Source: the human T2T-CHM13v2.0 reference genome, Homo sapiens. From it: a DNA stretch of 64,000 bases. Made by a program: the position numbers and the translations under genes. The DNA lies in assembly GCF_009914755.1 (NCBI RefSeq), contig NC_060927.1. One strand, written 5' to 3'. Below are positions 63,110 to 64,000 of the stretch, piece by piece; positions within the stretch are counted from its first letter, which is position 1, and each line of letters begins with the position of its first letter. Under the pieces are notes generated by a model. It saw only the letters and a program-made list of their open reading frames with translations. It was not told where the DNA came from and did no database searches.

Positions 63110-63397
63110 TGTTCATTTTTTTGTAAATATAATGCTATTTTTATTGAAATAATTCATATGTACTACTTAAAACCAAATAGTCCTACTAAGTATATAATGA
63201 AAAAACAGATTGCTCCCTGTGTCATTTCTTTTTACTTGTGATTACTACTCCTTAGAGGTAATTGCAACATTTTTTGCTGTTTCTTCAGGTATTTACCTCC
63301 ATTTTTCAAATGCGGTAAATGGTAATCTTAGATTTTTTCATTCTGGACATTATCTATTGATTTTTAATAAAGATGCTGTCAATATCCCATCTGTATG
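63110..63397 (-). mobile_element. Old L1M-type 3' relic
   Basis: AT-rich 'ttagaggtaattgcaacattttttgctgtttcttcaggtatttacctccat'. Confidence 0.5.
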
Positions 63398-63405
63398 CCT
63401 TAGAC

Positions 63406-63942
<537 letters not shown>

Positions 63943-64000
63943 CCTTAGACATTTCTAAGCAGCATTCTTCCTTACTTCTAACTGCCGGGGGCTGCATCTC

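Overview
Primate genomic DNA (human-like; one AluY implies a catarrhine lineage) that appears entirely non-coding, either intergenic or deep intronic. I find no credible protein-coding exon, tRNA, rRNA or recognisable small RNA. The listed ORFs come from Alu, L1, simple repeats or chance. The window holds about 35 Alus (many with readable TSDs), many MIR/L2 relics, an L3/CR1 relic, a 5'-truncated L1PB1-like element and several hAT MITEs (MER30, MER5A-type, MER117, MER102, MER103, MER91-like). The most striking structure is a ~1.65 kb compound inverted repeat at 33656-35310: two 289-bp arms, 97.6% identical by hand alignment (7 mismatches), enclosing a second inverted pair made of two Alus. It is a candidate recurrent inversion, cruciform or long hairpin-RNA locus. 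Also notable: a 2.4 kb G/A/T-only minisatellite with higher-order structure (18350-20785); an L1 missing ~1.1 kb of ORF2 exactly where a TSD-less Alu sits; repeat-free islands rich in POU-octamer/homeodomain motifs; a CpG-rich segment; and a strong CTCF motif. Repeat-family names are from recalled consensus sequences and were not checked with RepeatMasker. I could not identify the locus.
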